A stretch of 64,000 nucleotides of DNA from Nitrospirota bacterium (GCA_963845065.1 CAWJQQ010000001.1:608001-672000), one strand, 5' to 3'. Shown: positions 1-10,820, numbered from the stretch's first letter. Program-made: numbers and translations. The notes: generated by a model from the letters alone, not told the origin.

Positions 1-506
1 TTTTTCTGGTCCGCGATGAGTAACGTATCGCCCATCTTCCCGCCGGTCTCGAAATACCACCCCTTGCCCTTCGGGTTAATGCCGTCATCATCCCACAGGT
101 CCAGCTCTTTGTTATTCGTTCCGGAATCATCTCCCCGCGAAACAAACGGAAAGCCGCCTTCGGCGATCAGTTCAATTGCTTCGGCAGCCGAGTTCGCGGT
201 TTTCACCCGCGCCGGGTCCTTCGCGGGGCCGACGATGACGAAGACATTATGCATGACAGCGCGACGATTCACGCCATACCCTTCAGTGACGAATTTCTCC
301 TCCCGGAGAGGATCGTGCACAAAAAGGAGATCTGCCTCTCCTTTTTTCGCCATACGGATTGCCTTACCTGTGCCGACGGCAATGACCTCGACCGCTATGT
401 TATAGCGCGTCGCTTTCTCATAGGCAGGGATGAGGATGTCGAAAAGACCTGAGTTCTGCGTGCTTGTGGTTGAGGCGATGACGAGTCTGACGGCTTGCTT
501 CTTCAT
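1..506 (-). CDS. tupA: Tungstate ABC transporter substrate-binding protein TupA-like (runs off window start)
   Basis: Manual translation from ATG at 506: MKKQAVRLVIASTTSTQNSGLFD...VIAVGTGKAIRMAKKGEADLLFVHDP...SRGDDSGT. Has the TupA TTS, VGTG and SRGDDSGT motifs; GAGGTG RBS. Not in the ORF track. Confidence 0.85.
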   Translation of the reverse strand, partial: MKKQAVRLVIASTTSTQNSGLFDILIPAYEKATRYNIAVEVIAVGTGKAIRMAKKGEADLLFVHDPLREEKFVTEGYGVNRRAVMHNVFVIVGPAKDPARVKTANSAAEAIELIAEGGFPFVSRGDDSGTNNKELDLWDDDGINPKGKGWYFETGGKMGDTLLIADQK

Positions 507-659
507 GGTGGCACCTCGGAGGAAAGGAATACTGCATTGTAGTGGCGAAAACGAAAAAAGTAAAATGCATTAAATTCATTGTAATATGAATTTTTTGAAT
601 ACTCTATAACTCCGCATAAATAATGCAACGTTTAACGTAAAAAAGTTAGCTCGGACTGC

Positions 660-1040
660 TGGATATAACCAAGCAAAAGAGGTTGAAACACAGCCGCATT
701 ACAGATTTCTTCGGATAGTACGTCCATCAACTCATCTTGAATATCGAGGCGATCGCTGGCGAGAGTTTTCTTAAGGTTATTTCATACTCCTTCGTCCGGT
801 TCAACTCAGGAACATACCGGGGGAATGGTTCTAATTGTAAACGGGATACGTGCGGGAAGATCTTCTACGGAATGACTTCTATGGGTTTTGATATTATCTA
901 GAAACACGATTAGATGGCCGGTCATTTAATGTAACAGATGGCGGAGGAATACCACTACTTCTTCGCCTCGAATATTGTCCTCATACAGTTGGCAGTACAG
1001 CGTACAATGGAATCGTTTCGGGCTGACGGCGATGCAGAGA
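660..1040 (-). pseudogene. IS630-family transposase C-terminal remnant
   Basis: Broken reading EEVVVFLRHLLH*..HLIVFLDNIKTHRS...PRYVPELN/PDEGV*NNLKK matches the IS630 DN..H and PxYxPELNPxE motifs. Boundaries approximate. Confidence 0.7.
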
Positions 1041-1317
1041 TGGCAGAAATACGATCATGATGATATAGATGATGAAAATAGGGGTCTGTATGCTCTTGAG
1101 ATAGTTCCCCATCATACCCTGGTGGTGCTTATGTTACAGATATCTAGAAAAATTACTAACCAAGTTATAAATCATGCAATTTATATATATTTGAGTAACC
1201 TAGAATGCATTGGCAACAGATTAGTTGCGAAGAATCGTACTTACTTGACAATCGCAAAAGCTGTGATATCTTTTATTACAAGATTTGACAAGTTGAAAAA
1301 GAAAAGAGGCGATATAT

Positions 1318-1599
1318 ATGAAAAAGATTCTAATTTATTTGGTCATTCTGGTGATTGCTCTTACATTGGGAACGGCCTATGCTGGCAGCAAAGATATGAG
1401 CGCTGGTGAGTATAATGGGATTACGGCGTTTGATAAGGTACCTGTTGCATCACATGATGTTGGTCCGGGTCTCACAGTGGAAAATGGTATTACGGCATTT
1501 GACATTCGCCCGATAGAATGGGCCGAAGGTGCAGCCGCAGGTGGCTTACGTTCGACGGAACCGAGCATGGAACTGCGGAATGGTATTACCGTTTTTTGA
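1318..1599 (+). CDS. Small secreted protein with three NGIT(A/V)F repeats
   Basis: Signal peptide ending AYA, GAGG RBS, followed by a terminator. Confidence 0.75.
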   Translation: MKKILIYLVILVIALTLGTAYAGSKDMSAGEYNGITAFDKVPVASHDVGPGLTVENGITAFDIRPIEWAEGAAAGGLRSTEPSMELRNGITVF

Positions 1600-1682
1600 C
1601 ACAAGTGCCATACCCGAGCTAATAGCAAACTAAGCGTACGATTTTTAAAGGGCTCAGAACGACAGTTAGATGCATCAACTGA

Positions 1683-1721
1683 CAAGAAAGCAGGCTGAAA
1701 TCCAGCCTGCTTTCTTGTTTT
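1683..1721 (+). terminator. Rho-independent terminator
   Basis: 15-bp perfect stem CAAGAAAGCAGGCTG/CAGCCTGCTTTCTTG followed by a T tract. Confidence 0.8.
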
Positions 1722-2222
1722 CAGCTATCTATCGCACGTTATCCCATATTTAGAGCAAAACTCCCTAGTGAAGTATTTTTTATGCACCACCCATACACGT
1801 GAAGTCAAGTTGATATATATATACACTTCTGCACATCGTATCAAAGTGAAGACTACTGGAAATAGCCTGCACCGCTTGTTTTGACTGCGATTCTACACGT
1901 CTTCATAAAGTATGACTATCTCTGTTATCACCTAGTAGTCTGTAACCGTAGTTGGCTGAAATTATTGTAAAATACTAGTTTGAATATTTTGACTAAGCGA
2001 GGAGATTATTTCCAAGAGAGGTGCGCCGTATCGAAGCCGTCCCCGACTTATAATAAATGGTACCGCGTTCCCCGTTCGTATTTAATGCTGAATAGCAGGA
2101 TATGGGTTGGCGTTCGATGAAATCGACATCTGCGTCAAATTAAAATCCGACCGCGCATGGCACGAATACACAGCGGTTGCCTGAATCAAAAAAAAATGAG
2201 CTAAAGGGTTTAGACATCAGCT

Positions 2223-2465
2223 CTACCGATTCTTGATTTTGTTCCTTTCCGTCGCCCTCACGGGCTGAGCTGACCTGCTGGCCTTTGCGTCACCGGCCAT
2301 TCCTTTAGAATATTTCTTCTCCACGATTTTTACTGCTTCAATCCAATCAGCGAAATCTTCCCCCGCGACGTATCCACGCTTTTCATAAATTCCATACGCG
2401 ACAGTCGCAATCTCATCACGAATTTTCTTGTCCATATTCATATCTTGAACCTTCCTTCCTTTCAT
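2223..2465 (-). CDS. DUF2934-domain small protein
   Basis: IRDEIATVAYGIYEKRG...DFADWIEA matches the DUF2934 pattern. True start is probably a downstream Met. Confidence 0.75.
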   Translation of the reverse strand: MKGRKVQDMNMDKKIRDEIATVAYGIYEKRGYVAGEDFADWIEAVKIVEKKYSKGMAGDAKASRSAQPVRATERNKIKNR

Positions 2466-3014
2466 TCATTATAATTTCCCTGTTAGGGGATTTTAATAAA
2501 CACCCTTTTATAATTGATTCAAAATATCATCATTATATAACTATAGTCTTATACAGGAGCATTATTCTGTTGAAAGATTATTATAGTATAACAGAAAAAA
2601 CTTCGTCATTTGGCACAGATGTCAACGATGTCGATTCGGGTATTTTATGTACATATTACTTTCGATCGGGTTGTAACTATAAGAGGCTCAAAGATATGCA
2701 ACTTCAACAGATTCAGGAATGTTATCACACTGCACCAATTTAAAGGGTACCTATCAAGAGAAAAAAACGATCTCGTCGACGAGCATCCCTACCATTGCCG
2801 TAGTTTCATGAGTTTTTTGACGTCAGTCTTCATTGCACCATACACCCATCAGGATTAAGGTCATTGGTGAAGCGCGATATCCATTGACCTTTTCCACCTT
2901 GTGGTAGACCAGAAAATCTTCAGTTCCATGCCCAGAAGCATTTTTCAAGCACTGAGGTTGTCAACCAGCACATGGTGGCCCGCGGCATGGTCAGTAAGGA
3001 TGCTGATAACTGTA

Positions 3015-3270
3015 TATTCTGGTGGGACGGATTGCCAATCAAGTTAATCGGGTTCGCCATGTAGTGCCCGGGTTCACCGTCCCAGCCAGCCTATGACCGT
3101 TCCTTTTGATTCAAAAAGCTTTTCCGGAATGAATGGCACCTGGTCTCTCAGAATATAGTATGCTGCCCGCGCCAACTTGTGAGCGAGCGCAGCATGTGCT
3201 ATCACGGTGTTCGTTTCCTTCATCTTGCGGTTGTAGTATGCGCGGGTCTCTGGACAATAGTGCCAGCTAG
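3015..3270 (-). pseudogene. IS110-family transposase 3' remnant with its non-coding end
   Basis: PETRAYYNRKMKETNTVIAHAALAHKLARAAYYILRDQVPF is an IS110 C-terminus. It is followed by a TGGGACGG...CCGTCCCA stem. Confidence 0.75.
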
Positions 3271-3450
3271 TAGATGCCCTGCCTTTTTTTGTATTTCTTG
3301 GTTTTTTTTATTATAAAGACGCAATAAAAAAATGGCATCCCCTTGCTAACTGCCATTTTAATCGTCATAACTATTGCGATAAAACAAATAAATCAAAAAA
3401 ACTTAGAGATTCCGCTAAGACTTTTTTAATTTCAATCACCGCGCTCAGCG

Positions 3451-4428
3451 TTACTCGAGGAACGGGCCCAAAAGCAACCCCCCGTGGAGCTGGTTGTCAT
3501 CAAGACCGCGCTCGAGCTTGAGCGGGGAGTTCTTACCCAGATGGCGATCGAAAATATCTCCATAGTTCCCCACGGCCGCGAGAACACGGCGCTGCCACTC
3601 TTTGTCAAGACCCAGCTCCGGTGCGGCAATCGGCATCGCCCCGGCACCACCCGCGTACCACCGCATTTCCGGTCTTTCCGCGCTGACCAGCGTGTAGACG
3701 GTCCATGCGACAATCGCAGACCATTGCGCGTCGTCGGTTCCCGTTGTTGCCATAACCGGGAAGGCTGTCAGCGGCTCTGGGAGGATACGGCTCGAAAGCC
3801 GGTTCACGCCCCGCTCAAGTCGGATCTCAGCAAGGGTCGTGATTTCGCCGGCGATAGCGTGGCAATTCTGTACATTGTAGGTATCGATCATCTCCCCATC
3901 CTCTGAGAATGCCCGCCGCAGCCAGCCCTTCTTAAGCGTGTAGAAATAAGCTGAGAGGCTTCGTTCGGCCGGGCTACCGATCATATAGCAAATACTGTCC
4001 CCGGCAAGATCGTCGACATGGTGCACTGTAGATGTGGACGCAGTCATCACCGCGTGGGATTCCACGAAGATAGTGGGACCGGGAACTACCTTGCCGGCCA
4101 GTTTTTGTTCATTGATCTCCGAGCCAGTCAAGAAGTATACGTCGTCCTGTTGGTTCCGTACGGCATCGAAATCTTTAGGTGTAGCGTAAAAGTGATATTC
4201 GATGCGCTCTGGAGAGCCAAGCACTGCGGCGGCGATCCCGCGGCAAACGTCGACGTTAAGACCGGTCCAAAGTTCTTTGCCGGTGGCGCTTGCAAGACCC
4301 GGCCGTTCGACGCTGCCGCAGCGGACGAAACCACCTGCCTTCACTCGATCCACAACAGAGCCCGCCTTAGCGACGGAGAGCAAACAGAAAACTGAGAGCA
4401 GGACTAGCAAGACTGACTGGAAACGCAT
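3451..4428 (-). CDS. Amino acid ABC transporter substrate-binding protein (AapJ/BztA-like)
   Basis: Signal peptide, GLNVDVCRGIAAAVLG, AVGNYGDIFDRHLG..SPLKLERG. Confidence 0.85.
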   Translation of the reverse strand: MRFQSVLLVLLSVFCLLSVAKAGSVVDRVKAGGFVRCGSVERPGLASATGKELWTGLNVDVCRGIAAAVLGSPERIEYHFYATPKDFDAVRNQQDDVYFLTGSEINEQKLAGKVVPGPTIFVESHAVMTASTSTVHHVDDLAGDSICYMIGSPAERSLSAYFYTLKKGWLRRAFSEDGEMIDTYNVQNCHAIAGEITTLAEIRLERGVNRLSSRILPEPLTAFPVMATTGTDDAQWSAIVAWTVYTLVSAERPEMRWYAGGAGAMPIAAPELGLDKEWQRRVLAAVGNYGDIFDRHLGKNSPLKLERGLDDNQLHGGLLLGPFLE

Positions 4429-4514
4429 AAATCCTCCTAAGTGAAAATCTAACTATGTCATGAAATAAATGTGGATGTGGTGCAACGAGGGCGCACCCCA
4501 TCCGTCCTTCTTTT

Positions 4515-6593
4515 TTATTGGTTGGCTGCTGGATAGGTACTCGGCAGCGGGTTGAATCCATCGGGTATGTTGTTGACGATTCCCTGCCGGATATCTTCCG
4601 GCATGATCCCGATTGCCTGACATCCAAGTCCGTTATAGTGCGGCAGCGTGTTTACGACGCTGTCCGGAATCATCGCGAACGAGGCGGGTAGCGGAGGCGA
4701 CATGTCCAGTAGGCGCTTCGGATCGAAACCTGACAGCAAGCTATCAGTGATCGGCGAGTTGATGTCGCGCGGCCCTAGGTACTTCTGCTCGAATCCAGTG
4801 GGACCGAACTTGTTGAATTCCGGCGAGTTACCAGCCGCGAGTGCTTGCGCCTCATCGGGCAGGCTGGCGAGCGCGGGCAGACCAAAGATATCATTGATCG
4901 TCTCGATCACCGCGTTGTGGTCGCCCTCAACATGCGAAACAACGTGCGTCCGCGCGTAGGGCGAGATTAAGATCAAAGGAATGCGGCTGCCGCGGGAGAG
5001 CGGCAGACCGTCGGGGCCATAGGAGAGGATGCGCGGTGGGACATGATCGTAAAGACCATCCGACTCGTCATAGGTGAGGATGATCGCACAGTGTTCCCAT
5101 ATCTCCGGATTCGCCGCGACCGCGTTGATCACGCGGGCTGCCATCGCCTCACTCAGCTGACGGTCAGAGTAACTTGGGTGGTCGTCGTCGCCCGCCTTCG
5201 CTGCAAAAATCGCATTAATCTCCGGTGTCGTTGTGCTGGGATTTGTGATCGGCGGCATCAGCCCCATTTGATTCGTGTAGCCACCGCGAATGTAGAACAC
5301 GCCGCCATGGGGCAGAACGTCGTCGGCGATGTCGGTGAAGAAATCGGTCATACCACGTAAGTTCGGGCGAAGCGGAGGCGTGTTAACGAGATAGCCGAAG
5401 TACTGGGGCCCCTGGTGGTGGCTGACGTAGGACAAATGCGAGGCCGTAGTCGTGTCGGTTGATTCAAGATCGTAGCCCTCCTGGTACCAGCGCCAATGGA
5501 CGGGCTTGATATCTAGGTTCTGGATGTACGGGATGTCCTGCTGGATGTCGGGCGTGTCGAAATCAGGTGTCAGGTTCTGCTCCATCACTTCCGTGATGTG
5601 CCAGCCCTGGAAGGTGAGCGGCAAGGTAGCGAAGGTCAGGTTCGAGGCGATGTTGCTGTTAGCGTAATTCTCTTTTGCACCGATGGGTTGCTTGTCGACC
5701 GTGGTCGTGTCAAACTGGGAACCGTAGAAAGGCTGATTATCATTGACTATCGGCGGCCCCCCAGTCGTGCCAGTGTTAGTGCCCACGCTGTAGAACTCAC
5801 CGTTCGGGCCGTGTTTGACCCACTGCGTTTCACCCGACTGCCCCGCTATCATTGCTATCGCGTTCGGAGAGGAGGGAGTATCCTCGGTCGCATAGATGTT
5901 GTCAAAGATAGTGAAGCGGCTGGCCCAGCGCCAGAAGAAAGGAATGGTATCGCAGTCGATGTGTGACATTACAACACGAGCGAATTGCTTGCCTTCGGCA
6001 ACGTTGGCTGCCCCGCCTTTGGACGCGAAGCGCGTGTACTCCTCGTAGGCGAACTTGTCCATCTGTGCTACACCATTAACGATGTTGATCTTAGTCGCGA
6101 GACCGGTGTGCGAGTGATCGACGCTGTCCCATACGGTAGAGTTCTGTTCGGGTCCGATCCGGAACGGTTGGACAGTAACAGTCAAATGGCTGACATCGTC
6201 CGTATAGGTTTGGGTGAAGCCCGGCGTGTCCTCGGCGGAGCGAGGCCTTCGGCCATCCGAGTAGAGGCCGTTAACGCCCGGGAACGTGCCATATTCGTTG
6301 TCGAATGAGTGGTTCTCATTGAAAATCACAAAGACGTACTTGATTTTATCCTTCAGCAGTTTAACGAGCATTTCCTTAGACAGCTCGGGTTCCGTGGCCA
6401 TATCATTGATGTATGGGGCGATGTCCGACACGACGTCAGGTTGGGTGGTGACGGTCTGGTGCTTTTGCCACTCTTCGTGACTTGCACGCTCATCCGTATT
6501 AAACGACTCTGCGAAAACTGCAGGGATCCAAGCAATCTGCAGCAGCGATGCCGCCACAGCCAGAGCAAGACAGGATTTTAAAAACTGGTTCAT
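4515..6593 (-). CDS. Secreted phospholipase C / acid phosphatase (phosphoesterase family)
   Basis: Signal peptide, KIKYVFVIFNENHSFDNEYG, LTYDESDGLYDHVPP, RIPLILISPYA. Confidence 0.9.
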   Translation of the reverse strand: MNQFLKSCLALAVAASLLQIAWIPAVFAESFNTDERASHEEWQKHQTVTTQPDVVSDIAPYINDMATEPELSKEMLVKLLKDKIKYVFVIFNENHSFDNEYGTFPGVNGLYSDGRRPRSAEDTPGFTQTYTDDVSHLTVTVQPFRIGPEQNSTVWDSVDHSHTGLATKINIVNGVAQMDKFAYEEYTRFASKGGAANVAEGKQFARVVMSHIDCDTIPFFWRWASRFTIFDNIYATEDTPSSPNAIAMIAGQSGETQWVKHGPNGEFYSVGTNTGTTGGPPIVNDNQPFYGSQFDTTTVDKQPIGAKENYANSNIASNLTFATLPLTFQGWHITEVMEQNLTPDFDTPDIQQDIPYIQNLDIKPVHWRWYQEGYDLESTDTTTASHLSYVSHHQGPQYFGYLVNTPPLRPNLRGMTDFFTDIADDVLPHGGVFYIRGGYTNQMGLMPPITNPSTTTPEINAIFAAKAGDDDHPSYSDRQLSEAMAARVINAVAANPEIWEHCAIILTYDESDGLYDHVPPRILSYGPDGLPLSRGSRIPLILISPYARTHVVSHVEGDHNAVIETINDIFGLPALASLPDEAQALAAGNSPEFNKFGPTGFEQKYLGPRDINSPITDSLLSGFDPKRLLDMSPPLPASFAMIPDSVVNTLPHYNGLGCQAIGIMPEDIRQGIVNNIPDGFNPLPSTYPAANQ

Positions 6594-6887
6594 GGTAAAC
6601 CTCCTTTTGTGCTCAGATTCGATTGTAAAATATCATTAACTTCTTTTAGGCGCTTCAAAAAATTCATTGTTCTGTTACATTTTATTTATTTCATTTCATT
6701 GATTTTCTGGTTCGATGTCAATCGTAAAATTGTCTATCATTTCCCAATCAATTGACGGATTATGAAAGCCTCACCTCCTTTGTATATTGATTTGCCAAGA
6801 TGTAGAACCATACTTCGACATCAATTACCAAAGTATTAGCCAACATTGACGACGGAGAAATTATATGAACCTATTTATCACAACTAA

Positions 6888-6927
6888 ATGTCTTTCCTGT
6901 GACAAGATCATTAAAGTTTGATGAAAT
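6888..6927 (-). promoter_or_regulatory. Pho-box-like array upstream of the phosphoesterase operon
   Basis: Minus strand ATTTCAT-caaa-CTTTAAT-gatc-TTGTCAC-agga-AAGACAT, 11-bp period. Confidence 0.55.
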
Positions 6928-7143
6928 TACAAACCTGTCCCAACGCTGGTTCTTTCATTAAAGTTTAATCTGCGATAAAACCACTAAGAAAATAGCTGTA
7001 AGGGCCTGTGAGGAGTCATGGGTCAATTGCTATGAGTAAATATTTTTGATTCTCATTATTTTCCGCTAGATTTACTTTTAGAATCAAACAACAAATCCTG
7101 AAAAACTCATAGCATCGTCGCATCGTAAGACGCTAAAAATGAT

Positions 7144-7177
7144 AAGGCTCAGAGAAATAAAACCTCTGAGCCTTTTT
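7144..7177. terminator. Terminator-like hairpin
   Basis: AAGGCTCAGAG/CTCTGAGCCTT stem followed by T tract. Confidence 0.55.
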
Positions 7178-7473
7178 CGTCTGTCCATTATATGAATTGC
7201 GTAGTCTGTCTGTATCTAGTTAAAGTCTGTGATAGTTCCCTATGCTGGACTCGAACTAGCAAATCTTGCGCGAATAATACAAGATGTATTCTGCACATCC
7301 ATTTAGCTAGAGTATTTGCATAATACAGAAAGGATCATGCACTGAATGATTCTATTGATATTCTTCACTTCAGTCAAGTCCTGGCCCTTGTGTCAGAGCC
7401 AACTACAAGTGTGTAGTTTCTATCATGCGAAATATCTATTATATGCTGTTTGAAACACGCAATCAGATGCTCT

Positions 7474-8961
7474 CTATTTGTGAATTGTGTAGACCTTTTT
7501 GTCTTGTTTGCACATCATCTGTATCACCCATTTTCCCGATTGTGCAGACGGAGGTAGTCCTCCTCCAGGGAAGAGCCATTGTCCGCACATAAAAAAATTT
7601 TTGAGCCCGGGTAGTGTCATATTAAGGCTCTTAGTGATATTATTGTTCGTTGGCATGAAGCCCTCATAAGCACCTTTCCAGACCCCGGTATATCTTACAT
7701 CTGTTTTGGGTGTGGCAATGTCGAACACCTCAATGTGCGCTGTTATTCCAGGTAGATGTTTTTCCATAATGGCAAAAGAATCTTGCTCGATTTGCTTCTT
7801 TTCCGTCCTATACGCTTCTCCTTCTAAATCCTTCCAAAGTTCCCATGGACTTTCATAACGCAAAATGATGACCGTCTTTCCTGCTGGCGCCATAGTTGGG
7901 TCAAAGCAATAATTCATTATTGTATAACCCGAATTCAATTGCGTTCCGCCGATTTTCAGACCTTTTGCAAGGTAGGTCTGTACCGGGTACTCTGTATGCA
8001 CATCTTTATTAATGCCAAAAGAAACCTGTACAAGTGGCGTAAATAGTGGCCACTTGGCGTATGCATCTTCTATCTGGCCGGACAGATAGTTACCCTCAAG
8101 CATTTCAAAAAGTGTCGCATGGCCATCTGCTGCACTAACGACATAATCAGCTTTAATTACTGTTCCATCAGCAAGGACTACGCCAGTAGCTGTATCATTC
8201 TCAACAATAATGTTCTTTACTTTTTTACCAAGCCTCAGTTTGCCACCAAAGGATGAGTACTTCTTGACCATCCTTTCAACCAAGGGACGCGAACCGCCAA
8301 TAAGGTATCCTGCATTTTTGTGGTAAAACCAACCAAGCATCATCAAGAACGCCAGGGCTGAAAAATCTTGCTCCGCATATAAATTGTTGAGGAAGAATAA
8401 GAGACGCAGGTTCTTGAAGTTCATTTTTTGAAAATAGTCGCGACAACTTTTATTGCGGTACTTCATCAGTAGTATGACCGTCTGGGGCATTTTGCAGATG
8501 GAGCGAATGTAGTCCCGGATGCCTCTCAACTCCGGTGGGTTGCTGAACGGCTCTAATAGCGCCCCTTTTCTCATATCAGTGCACATTTTATTTATGGTCG
8601 TGATATCTTCAGGTGCCATATCGATAAGGTAATTTTCCCAACGGTCAATGTTTGTATAGAGGATAAAACTATTACCCTGCTCATCAAATATTTTTGTATG
8701 CACCTCGTGATCAATGATCTTTACACTGTCCGTAATGACGTTCGTTTCCTTCCAGATGTCATTGAATGGTCCTTTTGCGGTTCCAACCAACCAATGCAAG
8801 CAGTAGTCGAAACGGTATCCTTTTCTATCCCACGCTGTGCATTGGCCACCAGGCAAGGCGTGCATCTCGATAACCTCGGTATCATAGCCGTTAATTTGAC
8901 CATATATTCCGGCAGAAAGTCCAGCAACACCTCCACCGATTATGAGAACTTTTCCCCTCAT
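7474..8961 (-). CDS. Phytoene desaturase-family FAD-dependent oxidoreductase
   Basis: N-terminal IIGGGVAGL Rossmann motif, C-terminal CGQWLFPGGGLP. Confidence 0.9.
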   Translation of the reverse strand: MRGKVLIIGGGVAGLSAGIYGQINGYDTEVIEMHALPGGQCTAWDRKGYRFDYCLHWLVGTAKGPFNDIWKETNVITDSVKIIDHEVHTKIFDEQGNSFILYTNIDRWENYLIDMAPEDITTINKMCTDMRKGALLEPFSNPPELRGIRDYIRSICKMPQTVILLMKYRNKSCRDYFQKMNFKNLRLLFFLNNLYAEQDFSALAFLMMLGWFYHKNAGYLIGGSRPLVERMVKKYSSFGGKLRLGKKVKNIIVENDTATGVVLADGTVIKADYVVSAADGHATLFEMLEGNYLSGQIEDAYAKWPLFTPLVQVSFGINKDVHTEYPVQTYLAKGLKIGGTQLNSGYTIMNYCFDPTMAPAGKTVIILRYESPWELWKDLEGEAYRTEKKQIEQDSFAIMEKHLPGITAHIEVFDIATPKTDVRYTGVWKGAYEGFMPTNNNITKSLNMTLPGLKNFFMCGQWLFPGGGLPPSAQSGKWVIQMMCKQDKKVYTIHK

Positions 8962-9231
8962 ATATTTCTCCTGAGCTTTTCTGCACTTGCCATTGATTAA
9001 ACAGGCTCGACTATGCCTGTAAATTCGTAAATGAGTGACATATTACGTAAAATAGGCCATGAGAGACGTAGAATTTCCAACAGAGCCACTACAGATAACT
9101 TCCTTACAAAAGGATGTAAGTTACACTCCTCGCACAACTGTGCCGTATGCGAGTTCAGGCAAATCAGATATATGCTCCGCGTTCTTCAATTGTAAATCTG
9201 AAGCGCCTTGGGAAATGGCTATGTGTGCCGT

Positions 9232-9843
9232 TCACTGATCCGTACCGGCCAACGCGTTTGCCAAGCGTTTTTCAAGCCAGGGGTTTGGCAAGATGAAAAA
9301 GGAAGGGACGAGCGCGTAGAGAACAAGGCTCACCCACACGTTCCATGGTGCAATCGCGATCGCAATCCCGTACACCACTATCGGTGCCGCATGTATCATC
9401 GCCGTAAACCGCCTGAACTGTCTCGGAAACTCGGGAACGACGAACGCCTCTTTGGATGTGGCGTAGAGCCAAAGCACCGTGCCGAAGCCATTAACAAGAA
9501 CCAGGTTTACGCCATATATCATGACGGCCAGCGGGTCTCCGGGGTGTTGGCCGAGAAGTGATGCCGGGTACGGGATGAAGACGATCACAAGCAAGAGAAG
9601 GAGATTAAGCCAGAGCAACCGCCGATCAACAGCTCGTACAAAGTGCAGCATGCTGTGATGGGCGACCCAGTAGACGCCAACGATCACGAAGCTGAGCAGA
9701 AATGAAAGCATCTGCGGCAAGGCATTGCGCAGTGCTTCGAGCGTAGTCGTGTTCCCCGGTGTCGGCCTGACATCGAGGATCAGCAGTGTAATGGCGACAG
9801 CGAAGACCCCATCACTGAATGCCTCGAGACGGTTCTTGTTCAT
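9232..9843 (-). CDS. TMEM175-family potassium channel
   Basis: RLEAFSDGVFAVAITLL signature, YWVAHH, GGAGG RBS. Confidence 0.9.
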   Translation of the reverse strand: MNKNRLEAFSDGVFAVAITLLILDVRPTPGNTTTLEALRNALPQMLSFLLSFVIVGVYWVAHHSMLHFVRAVDRRLLWLNLLLLLVIVFIPYPASLLGQHPGDPLAVMIYGVNLVLVNGFGTVLWLYATSKEAFVVPEFPRQFRRFTAMIHAAPIVVYGIAIAIAPWNVWVSLVLYALVPSFFILPNPWLEKRLANALAGTDQ

Positions 9844-9928
9844 GCTAATTCCTCCCCCGTGTGTCATCTAGTCGTGCAAAGTGATCATTACGGCGAGTCC
9901 GCGTTGAGCAATAATCAGTCCTCACCGT

Positions 9929-10645
9929 TCAGTGGAGTCTGCCACCTCCGTCCACGTCTAAGATGGCGCCAGTAGTAAAGTCATTGGAGAGCAGGTAAAG
10001 CGCGGCTTGTGCGAGCTCGTCCGGTTTGCCAACCCGACCTACTGGGAGGTTGCCTCCTATCTGTTTGAAGAACGCCGTCTTCTCTTCTGCAGACATCCAG
10101 TTGTATGCCGGGGTGCCCACCAAGCCAGGCGAGAGTATATTCACACGAATTGGAGCGAGTTCCTTTGCCAAAGTAATGGCCATACACATAATCGCTCCAT
10201 TTACGGCCGAAACACCTGAGGTTCCCGGAATTGCAGAGCGAGCCGCACCGCCGATGGTGAAGAGGATTGACCCTCCCTCGCGGATGAGCGGCGCTCCATA
10301 TTTGGCACACAGAAAATATCCCCGGAACTTCGTCTGAAATGCGCTCTCGATGGCGGGCAATTGAATATCGGATAGTTTGCCCCAAGCGGGCAGTCCTGCA
10401 CCCATCAATACAAGGTGATCGAAAGCACCCAGCGAGTTGAAAAATTCCCGCACCGCAACTTCTTTCGAGAAATCCAACTGCCGAGCCTCCGCATTTTCGC
10501 CGATTACATGGAGTGCCTCGTCCAGTTTGTCGCGCGAACGAGACGCGATTATGACTTGCGCGCCCTCCGCAGAGAGAAGCTTTGCGCTAGCTAAGCCTAT
10601 GCCCGAGCTGCCACCTATGACGACGACCCTGCGGTTTGTAAGCAT
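9929..10645 (-). CDS. Short-chain dehydrogenase/reductase
   Basis: GGSSGIG, RVNILSPG, LDVDGG. Confidence 0.9.
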   Translation of the reverse strand: MLTNRRVVVIGGSSGIGLASAKLLSAEGAQVIIASRSRDKLDEALHVIGENAEARQLDFSKEVAVREFFNSLGAFDHLVLMGAGLPAWGKLSDIQLPAIESAFQTKFRGYFLCAKYGAPLIREGGSILFTIGGAARSAIPGTSGVSAVNGAIMCMAITLAKELAPIRVNILSPGLVGTPAYNWMSAEEKTAFFKQIGGNLPVGRVGKPDELAQAALYLLSNDFTTGAILDVDGGGRLH

Positions 10646-10719
10646 AGTTTTTCCTTTCAATGCCATCGGCCTTTGAGGGTTAACCAACAGCGTGGATATC
10701 GATTACGCTGGCTTGATTC

Positions 10720-10820
10720 GTGTAGACCCAGCATGGGCGTGAGTTTAAGGGGCGACAGTCCCTTGTACGAGAACCAATAGTATCAAAAGTACGAGCCAAA
10801 GGCAAGGGTGGACCAACGAT
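10720..10820 (+). ncRNA. 5' fragment (domain I) of a group IIC intron
   Basis: GTGTAGACCCAGCATGGGCGTGAGTTTAAGGGGCGACAGTCCC...AGCCAAAGGCAAGGGTG resembles class C 5' ends (GTGCGCCCGGCATGGG...GGGTGAGAGTCCC...GCAAGGGTGTCC). Starts right after a stem-loop. Confidence 0.65.

Noticed and set aside
16..452. Plus-strand ORFs 16-405 and 249-452
   Set aside because: Antisense to tupA.
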